Positions 36,236-46,815 of a stretch of 46,815 nucleotides of DNA are shown piece by piece. The notes beneath the pieces were generated by a model. It saw nothing but the letters and a program-made list of their open reading frames with translations, searched no databases and was not told the origin of the DNA. The translations under genes were made by a program, and so were the position numbers. The stretch is from Nemertoderma westbladi (Eukaryota > Animalia > Xenacoelomorpha): positions 1 through 46,815 of the forward strand of contig JAUCBJ010001025.1 in the NCBI GenBank assembly GCA_032718475.1, read 5' to 3'. Within the stretch, counting starts at the first letter, position 1. Each line of letters opens with the position of its first letter.

Positions 36236-39200
36236 AGCCACTCACCTGCAGTACAACATTTCGTACTGTATCAGCCACTCACCTGCAGTACAACATTTCG
36301 TACTGTATCAGCCACTCACCTGCAGTACAACATTTCGTACTGTATCAGCCACTCACCTGCAGTACAACATTTCGTACTGTATCAGCCACTCACCTGCAGT
36401 ACAACATTTCGTACTGTATCAGCCACTCACCTGCAGTACAACATTTCGTATTGTATCAGCCACTCACCTGCAGTACAACATTTCGTACTGTATCAGCCAC
36501 TCACCTGCAGTACAACATTTCGTACTGTATCAGCCACTCACCTGCAGTACAACATTTCGTACTGTATCAGCCACTCACCTGCAGTACAACATTTCGTACT
36601 ATATCAGCCACTCACCTGCAGTACAACATTTCGTATTGTATCTGCCACTCACCTGCAGTACAACATTTCGTACTGTATCAGCCACTCACCTGCAGTACAA
36701 CATTTCGTACTGTATCAGCCACTCACCTGCAGTACAACATTTCGTACTGTATCAGCCACTCACCTGCAGTACAACATTTCGTATTGTATCAGCCACTCAC
36801 CTGCAGTACAACATTTCGTACTGTATCAGCCACTCACCTGCAGTACAACATTTCGTACTGTATCAGCCACTCACCTGCAGTACAACATTTCGTACTGTAT
36901 CAGCCACTCACCTGCAGTACAACATTTCGTACTGTATCAGCCACTCACCTGCAGTACAACATTTCGTATTGTATCTGCCACTCACCTGCAGTACAACATT
37001 TCGTACTGTATCAGCCACTCACCTGCAGTACAACATTTCGTACTGTATCAGCCACTCACCTGCAGTACAACATTTCGTACTGTATCAGCCACTCACCTGC
37101 AGTACAACATTTCGTACTGTATCAGCCACTCACCTGCAGTACAACATTTTGTACTGTATCAGCCACTCACCTGCAGTACAACATTTCGTACTGTATCAGC
37201 CACTCACCTGTGGTACAACATTTCGTACTGTATCAGCCACTCACCTGCAGTACAACATTTCGTACTGTATCAGCCACTCACCTGCTGTACAACATTTCGT
37301 ACTGTATCAGCCACTCACCTGCAGTACAACATTTCGTACAGTATCAGCCACTCACCTGCAGTACAACATTTCGTACTGTATCAACAACATTTCGTACTGT
37401 ATCAGCCACTCACCTGCAGTACAACATTTCGCACTGTATCAGCCACTCACCTGCAGTACAACATTTCGTACTGTATCATCCACTCAACTGTGGTACAACA
37501 TTTCGTACTGTATCAGCCACTCACCTGCAGTACAACATTTCGTACTGTATCAGCCACTCACCTGCTGTACAACATTTCGTACTGTATCAGCCACTCACCT
37601 GCAGTACAACATTTCGTATTGTATCAGCCACTCACCTGCAGTACAACATTTCGTACTGTATCAGCCACTCACCTGCAGTACAACATTTCGTACTGTATCA
37701 GCCACTCACCTGCAGTACAACATTTCGTACTATATCAGCCACTCACCTGCAGTACAACATTTCGTATTGTATCTGCCACTCACCTGCAGTACAACATTTC
37801 GTACTGTATCAGCCACTCACCTGCAGTACAACATTTCGTACTGTATCAGCCACTCACCTGCAGTACAACATTTCGTACTGTATCAGCCACTCACCTGCAG
37901 TACAACATTTCGTACTGTATCAGCCACTCACCTGCAGTACAACATTTCGTACTGTATCAGCCACTCAACTGTGGTACAACATTTCGTACTGTATCAGCCA
38001 CTCACCTGCAGTACAACATTTCGTACAGTATCAGCCACTCACCTGCAGTACAACATTTCGTACTGTATCAACAACATTTCGTACTGTATCAGCCACTCAC
38101 CTGCAGTACAACATTTCGTACTGTATCAGCCACTCACCTGCAGTACAACATTTCGTACTGTATCAGCCACTCACCTGCAGTACAACATTTCGTACTGTAT
38201 CAGCCACTCACCTGCAGTACAACATTTCGCACTGTATCAGCCACTCACCTGCAGTACAACATTTCGTACTGTATCAGCCACTCAACTGTGGTACAACATT
38301 TCGTACTGTATCAGCCACTCACCTGCAGTACAACATTTCGTACTGTATCAGCCACTCACCTGCTGTACAACATTTCGTACTGTATCAGCCACTCACCTGC
38401 AGTACAACATTTCGTATTGTATCAGCCACTCACCTGCAGTACAACATTTCGTACTGTATCAGCCACTCACCTGCAGTACAACATTTCGTACTGTATCAGC
38501 CACTCACCTGCAGTACAACATTTCGTACTATATCAGCCACTCACCTGCAGTACAACATTTCGTATTGTATCTGCCACTCACCTGCAGTACAACATTTCGT
38601 ACTGTATCAGCCACTCACCTGCAGTACAACATTTCGTACTGTATCAGCCACTCACCTGCAGTACAACATTTCGTACTGTATCAGCCACTCACCTGCAGTA
38701 CAACATTTCGTACTGTATCAGCCACTCACCTGCAGTACAACATTTCGTACTGTATCAGCCACTCAACTGTGGTACAACATTTCGTACTGTATCAGCCACT
38801 CACCTGCAGTACAACATTTCGTACAGTATCAGCCACTCACCTGCAGTACAACATTTCGTACTGTATCAACAACATTTCGTACTGTATCAGCCACTCACCT
38901 GCAGTACAACATTTCGCACTGTATCAGCCACTCACCTGCAGTACAACATTTCGTACTGTATCAGCCACTCAACTGTGGTACAACATTTCGTACTGTATCA
39001 GCCACTCACCTGCAGTACAACATTTCGTACTGTATCAGCCACTCACCTGCAGTACAACATTTCGTACTGTATCAGCCACTCACCTGCTGTACAACATTTC
39101 GTACTGTATCAGCCACTCACCTGCAGTACAACATTTCGTATTGTATCAGCCACTCACCTGCTGTACAACATTTCGTACTGTATCAGCCACTCACCTGCAG

Positions 39201-42200
39201 TACAACATTTCGTACAGTATCAGCCACTCACCTGCAGTACAACATTTCGTACTGTATCAACAACATTTCGTACTGTATCAGCCACTCACCTGCAGTACAA
39301 CATTTCGTACTGTATCAGCCACTCACCTGCAGTACAACATTTCGTACTGTATCAGCCACTCACCTGCAGTACAACATTTCGTACTGTATCAGCCACTTAC
39401 CTGCAGTACAACATTTCGTACTGTATCAGCCACTTACCTGCAGTACAACATTTCGTACTGTATCAGCCACTTACCTGCAGTACAACATTTCGTACTGTAT
39501 CAGCCACTCACCTGCAGTACAACATTTCGTACTGTATCAGCCACTTACCTGCAGTACAACATTTCGTACTGTATCAGCCACTCACCTGCAGTACAACATT
39601 TCGTATTGTATCAGCCACTTACCTGCAGTACAACATTTTGTACTGTATCAGCCACTCACCTGCAGTACAACATTTCGTACTGTATCAGCCACTCAACTGT
39701 GGTACAACATTTCGTACTGTATCAGCCACTCACCTGCAGTACAACATTTCGTACTGTATCAGCCACTCACCTGCAGTACAACATTTCGTATTGTATCTGC
39801 CACTCACCTGCAGTACAACATTTCGTACTGTATCAGCCACTCACCTGCAGTACAACATTTCGTACTGTATCAGCCACTCACCTGCAGTACAACATTTCGT
39901 ACTGTATCAGCCACTCACCTGCAGTACAACATTTCGTACTGTATCAGCCACTCACCTGCAGTACAACATTTCGTACTGTATCAGCCACTCACCAGCAGTA
40001 CAACATTTCGTACTGTATCAGCCACTCACCTGCAGTACAACATTTCGTACTGTATCAGCCACTCACCTGCTGTACAACATTTCGTACTGTATCAGCCACT
40101 CACCTGCAGTACAACATTTCGTACTGTATCAGCCACTCACCTGCAGTACAACATTTCGTACTGTATCAGCCACTCACCTGCAGTACAACATTTCGTACTG
40201 TATCAGCCACTCACCTGCAGTACAACATTTCGTACTGTATCAGCCACTCACCTGCAGTACAACATTTCGTACTGTATCAGCCACTCACCTGCAGTACAAC
40301 ATTTCGTACTGTATCAGCCACTCACCTGCAGTACAACATTTCGTACTGTATCAGCCACTCAACTGTGGTACAACATTTCGTACTGTATCAGCCACTCACC
40401 TGCAGTACAACATTTCGTACAGTATCAGCCACTCACCTGCAGTACAACATTTCGTACTGTATCAACAACATTTCGTACTGTATCAGCCACTCACCTGCAG
40501 TACAACATTTCGTACTGTATCAGCCACTCACCTGCAGTACAACATTTCGTACTGTATCAGCCACTCACCTGCAGTACAACATTTCGTACTGTATCAGCCA
40601 CTCACCTGCAGTACAACATTTCGCACTGTATCAGCCACTCACCTGCAGTACAACATTTCGTACTGTATCAGCCACTCAACTGTGGTACAACATTTCGTAC
40701 TGTATCAGCCACTCACCTGCAGTACAACATTTCGTACTGTATCAGCCACTCACCTGCTGTACAACATTTCGTACTGTATCAGCCACTCACCTGCAGTACA
40801 ACATTTCGTATTGTATCAGCCACTCACCTGCAGTACAACATTTCGTACTGTATCAGCCACTCACCTGCAGTACAACATTTCGTACTGTATCAGCCACTCA
40901 CCTGCAGTACAACATTTCGTACTATATCAGCCACTCACCTGCAGTACAACATTTCGTATTGTATCTGCCACTCACCTGCAGTACAACATTTCGTACTGTA
41001 TCAGCCACTCACCTGCAGTACAACATTTCGTACTGTATCAGCCACTCACCTGCAGTACAACATTTCGTACTGTATCAGCCACTCACCTGCAGTACAACAT
41101 TTCGTACTGTATCAGCCACTCACCTGCAGTACAACATTTCGTACTGTATCAGCCACTCAACTGTGGTACAACATTTCGTACTGTATCAGCCACTCACCTG
41201 CAGTACAACATTTCGTACAGTATCAGCCACTCACCTGCAGTACAACATTTCGTACTGTATCAACAACATTTCGTACTGTATCAGCCACTCACCTGCAGTA
41301 CAACATTTCGCACTGTATCAGCCACTCACCTGCAGTACAACATTTCGTACTGTATCAGCCACTCAACTGTGGTACAACATTTCGTACTGTATCAGCCACT
41401 CACCTGCAGTACAACATTTCGTACTGTATCAGCCACTCACCTGCAGTACAACATTTCGTACTGTATCAGCCACTCACCTGCTGTACAACATTTCGTACTG
41501 TATCAGCCACTCACCTGCAGTACAACATTTCGTATTGTATCAGCCACTCACCTGCTGTACAACATTTCGTACTGTATCAGCCACTCACCTGCAGTACAAC
41601 ATTTCGTACAGTATCAGCCACTCACCTGCAGTACAACATTTCGTACTGTATCAACAACATTTCGTACTGTATCAGCCACTCACCTGCAGTACAACATTTC
41701 GTACTGTATCAGCCACTCACCTGCAGTACAACATTTCGTACTGTATCAGCCACTCACCTGCAGTACAACATTTCGTACTGTATCAGCCACTTACCTGCAG
41801 TACAACATTTCGTACTGTATCAGCCACTTACCTGCAGTACAACATTTCGTACTGTATCAGCCACTTACCTGCAGTACAACATTTCGTACTGTATCAGCCA
41901 CTCACCTGCAGTACAACATTTCGTACTGTATCAGCCTCTTACCTGCAGTACAACATTTCGTACTGTATCAGCCACTCACCTGCAGTACAACATTTCGTAT
42001 TGTATCAGCCACTTACCTGCAGTACAACATTTTGTACTGTATCAGCCACTCACCTGCAGTACAACATTTCGTACTGTATCAGCCACTCAACTGTGGTACA
42101 ACATTTCGTACTGTATCAGCCACTCACCTGCAGTACAACATTTCGTACTTTATCAGCCACTCACCTGCAGTACAACATTTCGTATTGTATCTGCCACTCA

Positions 42201-44763
42201 CCTGCAGTACAACATTTCGTACTGTATCAGCCACTCACCTGCAGTACAACATTTCGTACTGTATCAGCCACTCACCTGCAGTACAACATTTCGTACTGTA
42301 TCAGCCACTCACCTGCAGTACAACATTTCGTACTGTATCAGCCACTCACCTGCAGTACAACATTTCGTACTGTATCAGCCACTCACCAGCAGTACAACAT
42401 TTCGTACTGTATCAGCCACTCACCTGCAGTACAACATTTCGTACTGTATCAGCCACTCACCTGCTGTACAACATTTCGTACTGTATCAGCCACTCACCTG
42501 CAGTACAACATTTCGTACTGTATCAGCCACTCACCTGCAGTACAACATTTCGTACTGTATCAGCCACTCACCTGCAGTACAACATTTCGTACTGTATCAG
42601 CCACTCACCTGCAGTACAACATTTCGTACTGTATCAGCCACTCACCTGCAGTACAACATTTCGCACTGTATCAGCCACTCACCTGCAGTACAACATTTCG
42701 TACTGTATCAGCCACTCACCTGCAGTACAACATTTCGTACTGTATCAGCCACTCACCTGCAGTACAACATTTCGTACTGTATCAGCCACTCACCTGCTGT
42801 ACAACATTTCGTACTGTATCAGCCACTCACCTGCAGTACAACATTTCGTACAGTATCAGCCACTCACCTGCAGTACAACATTTCGTACTGTATCAACAAC
42901 ATTTCGTACTGTATCAGCCACTCACCTGCAGTACAACATTTCGCACTGTATCAGCCACTCACCTGCAGTACAACATTTCGTACTGTATCAGCCACTCACC
43001 TGCAGTACAACATTTCGTACTGTATCAGCCACTCACCTGCAGTACAACATTTCGTACTGTATCAGCCACTCACCTGCACTGCAGTACAACATTTCGTATT
43101 GTATCAGCCACTCACCTGCAGTACAACATTTCGTACTGTATCAGCCACTCACCTGCAGTACAACATTTCGTACTGTATCTGCCACTCACCTGCAGTACAA
43201 CATTTCGTACTGTATCAGCCACTCACCTGCAGTACAACATTTCGCACTGTATCAGCCACTCACCTGCAGTACAACATTTCGTACTGTATCAGCCACTCAA
43301 CTGTGGTACAACATTTCGTACTGTATCAGCCACTCACCTGCAGTACAACATTTCGTACTGTATCAGCCACTCACCTGCAGTACAACATTTCATACTATAT
43401 CAGCCACTCTCTGCCACTCACCTGTGGTACAAAATTTCATACTGTATCAGCCACTCTCAGCCACTCCCCTGTGGTACAACATCTCGTATTGTACCAGCCA
43501 CTCACCTGTGGTACATAATCTCGAATTGTATCAGCCATCAGCCACTCTCTGCCACTCACATGTGGTACAACATTTATACTGTATCAGCCACTCTCAGCCA
43601 CTCACTCACCTGTGGTACAGCATTTCGTATTGGATCAACCACTCACCTGTGGTACAACATTTCATATTGTATCAGCCACTGTGGTACAACCTTTCGTACT
43701 GTATCAACCACTCACCTGTGGTACAACATTTCATACTGTATCAGACACTCTCTACCACTCATCTGTGGTACAACATCTCGCATTGTATCAGACACTCTCC
43801 GCCACTCACCTGTGGTACAACATTTCGTACTGTATCAGCCACTCTCAGCCACTCACCTGTGGTACGTACAACATCTCGTATTGTATCAGCCACTCTCTGC
43901 CACTCACCTCCGGTACAACATCACGTATTGTATCAGCCACTCTCTACCACTCACCTGTGGTACAACATTTCATACTGTATCAGCCACTCTCTGCCACTCG
44001 CCTGTGGTACAACATCACGTATTGTATCAGCCACTCTCTGCCACTTATCTGTGGTACAACATTTCATATTGTATCAGCCACTCTAAGCCACTCACCGGTG
44101 GTACAACATTTCATTCTGTATCCGCCACTCTCAGCCACTCACCTGTGGTACAACATCTCGTATTGTATCAGCCACTCTCTGCCACTCACCTGTGGTACAA
44201 CATCTCGTATTGTATCAGCCACTCTCTGCCATTCACCTGTGGTACAACATTTCATATTGTATCAGCCACTTTCTGCCACTCACCTGTGGTACAACATCAC
44301 GTATTGTATCAACCACTCACCTGTGGTACAACATTTCATACTGTATCAGCCACTCTCTGCCACTCATCTGTGGTACAACATTTCATATTGTATCAGCCAC
44401 TCTCTGCCACTCACCTGTGGTACAACATCTCGTATTGTATCAGCCACTCTCTGCCACTCACCTGTGGTACACCATCTCGTATTGTATCAGCCACTCTCTG
44501 CCATTCACCTGTGGTACAACATTTCATATTGTATCAGCCACTCTCTGCCACTCACCTGTGGTACAACATCACGTATTGTATCAACCACTCACCTGTGGTA
44601 CAACATTTCATACTGTATCAGCCACTCTCAGCCACTCACCTGTGGTACAACATCTCGTATTGTATCAGCCACTCTCTGCCACTCACCTGTGGTACAACAT
44701 CTCGTATTGTATCAGCCACTCTCTGCCACTTACCTGTGGTACAACATCTCGTATTGTATCAGC
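36236..44763 (-). repeat. About 220-copy 37/47-bp array made of the last 30 nt of a dynein exon plus its 5' splice donor
   Basis: Minus-strand unit tggctgatacagtacgaaatgttgtactgcag|gtgag versus exon end gtgctgatacaatacgagatgttgtaccacag|gtaagtgg; the array runs into the exon to 44763. Confidence 0.97.
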
Positions 44764-45113
44764 ACTGTCGACAACCGATTGTACCTCCGTATTGCCACAC
44801 GGGCCTGCGGTGTCGACGCTATCTTCGGCATCTTTCTGATTAATTCCATCGGGATGTTTATCCTACGGAACAGCTGACGAGCCCAGATAATCTTTCCGGC
44901 TACAGGCGGCATGTTCCGTTCTATAGGTGGGTCCATCTTCTCGGCCTCGTATTGCCGCGAGCAGGATGATAAGTCCTGCTCGTATCTCTGGACCACCATC
45001 TGGTACTTGTTCTCTACATCGAGATTCGCTCCAACTATATTCTCGAATTTCTCCAGAGCGATCAACACTAGTTGGGTGGAAAGTTTATGTTGGAAGAAAT
45101 TATCCATGAAAAC
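44734..45113 (-). CDS. DNAH5: Dynein heavy chain exon (VFMDNFF...DPPIERNMPPVAGKIIWARQLFRRI...LIQYEMLYH)
   Basis: Conserved DHC N1 motif RN.PP.AGKI.WARQL; acceptor ttctcag ending 45114, donor CAG|gtaagt at 44733. Confidence 0.93.
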
Positions 45114-45264
45114 CTGAGAATAAATAAATACAATATTAGATACTCATATTAGGTGCTCAGTGCTCAGTAGGAACTCATTGTTATTTAATAATTACGCGCA
45201 ACACCCTATATCATAATAGATCGTTGATATTATATGTTATCATTTATGTAATCGAGCAACGAAC

Positions 45265-45591
45265 CTGAAGCCACTGCTGTATCTGTTTAACATTATTCAT
45301 AAAGACCTCGTAATCATCGTTAAAGGCCATTAGATGGATGTCGTACATATCGTAAGACATGCGTTTCTTCGTCGTGGCAACCATGCTCGCGAACTTTACG
45401 GCTATCACATCAATCCCGTCGAGGTTCCACGTCCCGAGGGCCGCGAGTTCGTGGATCTTTATCAACATGTTGCTGATCTTCTCCAAACGACCGCAGAAAA
45501 CGTCGATTTTACCGAAAATCCGAGTCGTTGATAAATTAAACTGTTTAGCATTTGGGTCGGTCTTCTGTTGGTCTTTAAGGCGGTAGTAACA
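45265..45591 (-). CDS. DNAH5: Dynein heavy chain exon (CYYRLKDQQ...IFGKIDVFCGRLEKI...QQWLQ)
   Basis: IFGK...F..RL.KI motif; acceptor tttccag, donor gttcgt at 45264; 327 bp, phase 0/0. Confidence 0.9.
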
Positions 45592-45888
45592 CTGGAAAGC
45601 GATAAACAGAGACGTCAATAGGTGAGGAAGGAAAGGAAGGAAAGGATGAACGAGGAGAGATGATTTATAAAGGAAAAATACATACTTGGATAAATATAGT
45701 GGTAACCTTATAGTTGGTTATAATAATGCTACTTTCTCATTGTTTATAATGTAACGGTTGGCGAATAATTTGTCTTTCTGATCCGTTGAAATTAATAATT
45801 ATCACATTGAATCGAGACCGTTCCCTTTAGCGTGCAATTTGTATGTTATACCCGTTATTTACAATAAAGCTGTCCCTCCCTTCCTTAC

Positions 45889-46142
45889 CGCTTGGTAAAA
45901 CTCTTTCAGTTTCAAACAATGACCAATTCTCTCCCTCAAATCGGCGGAGTCTATATCCCATACGTCGTCCCCCAACTCACGGATACTCGATTTACACGAT
46001 ATTATCATTTGATTGGTTACTTTACTTAGCAACGAGGCTATCTTATCGCTCGTATTGTAGTACTGACTTATGTTGTAAATCATCTTTATTGTGTCCATTA
46101 AACCCGGTATGAACTCCAGCATATTCTTTGGGGTACTAGCTC
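45889..46142 (-). CDS. DNAH5: Dynein heavy chain exon (GASTPKNMLEFIPGLMDTIKMIYNISQYYNTSDKI...KVTNQMI...FYQA)
   Basis: IKMIY.IS.YYNTS.KI and KVTNQ motifs; acceptor tttgcag, donor gtaagg at 45888. Confidence 0.92.
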
Positions 46143-46231
46143 CTGCAAATTATTTACAAAATGTGATAATACAAATAATCTACTGTATTAATAAATAGAA
46201 GTTAAAAAATGGTCTGTTAATCCAAACTCAC

Positions 46232-46355
46232 CCAAAGGTCCAAAGTAAGTGTCGAGGGTGTAGAGATATTTCACGTTGTTCTTGGCGATATTGCTGGATT
46301 CTGTTATCTGCTTATCCAGATCACGCCATGTGTCAATGATTTTGCTTTGTGCAAC
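46232..46355 (-). CDS. DNAH5: Dynein heavy chain exon (VAQSKIIDTWRDLDKQITESSNIAKNNVKYLYTLDTYFGPL); gene continues beyond the window
   Basis: W...D..IT...N.AK.NVKYLYTL motif; acceptor acacag, donor gtgagt at 46231; phase 1 fits next exon. Confidence 0.9.
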
Positions 46356-46506
46356 CTGTGTAATAAATTTAAATATAAATAAATAGTTAAATATATATTA
46401 ATAATAAATTGTTGACTGTATGCCTCAAATCGAACTACCCGGAACAAAGGCAAAACAAATAGCGGAAGTTCATGTTGGTGTGCTAAGACAGGTGTATAAT
46501 ACCTCC

Positions 46507-46815
46507 ACCGGTCTACTACCGGTACTACCATCCATGGTCTACCGGTACTACCATCGATGGTCTACCGGTACTACCATCCATGCTACCGGTACTACAGGTA
46601 ACCATACATGCATGGTCTACCGGACCATCACCGGTCCATGGACTACCGGTACTACCATCGATGGTCTACCGGTACTACCATCCACATACATGGTCGACCG
46701 GTACTACCATCCACATACATGGTCGACCGGTACAACCATCCACATACACGGTACTACACGTAACCATACATGCATGGTCTACCGGACCATCACCGACCCA
46801 TGGACTACCGGTACT
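46507..46815. repeat. Compound intronic minisatellite, about 23-bp core (ggtctaccggtactaccatccat), truncated by window end
   Basis: Recurrent taccggtactaccat motif with palindromic sub-motifs. Confidence 0.85.

Noticed and set aside
36229-44877. 2400-2700-aa ORFs in all three + frames
   Set aside because: A stop-free 37-bp unit cycles through all frames; the ORFs are antisense to a dynein intron and the unit derives from the minus-strand exon end

Overview
Eukaryotic, very probably animal, genomic DNA with GT-AG introns and three recognisable genes: (1) the 3' part of a Na+/Ca2+ exchanger (SLC8/NCX family, + strand, 7 exons from 3977 to 12815); (2) a two-exon peroxisomal acyl-CoA oxidase 3 ending in SKL (- strand, 22371-18247); (3) most of an outer-arm axonemal dynein heavy chain of the DNAH5/DNAH8 type (- strand; four small exons at 46355-44734, then one 11.7-kb terminal exon at 35437-23737). 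About 22 kb (roughly 47%) of the window is made of eleven mutually unrelated tandem arrays. The most striking signal is that two arrays are amplified exon-intron junctions. In NCX, 15 copies of a 59-bp unit (3' splice acceptor plus first 14 codons of the last exon) precede and include the real acceptor. In the dynein gene, about 220 copies of a 37/47-bp unit (last 30 nt of an exon plus 5' splice donor) fill 8.5 kb of an intron. In both genes only the outermost copy gives the conserved protein, and the recurrent variants between units are mostly synonymous in the exon's frame. Every dynein unit also reads CAG|GTGAGT, the form of a recursive splice site. A small MITE-like element occurs twice. 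The long repetitive ORFs in the track are artefacts of the arrays. All exon calls were made by eye from reading frame, phase and splice consensus; no database search was run.
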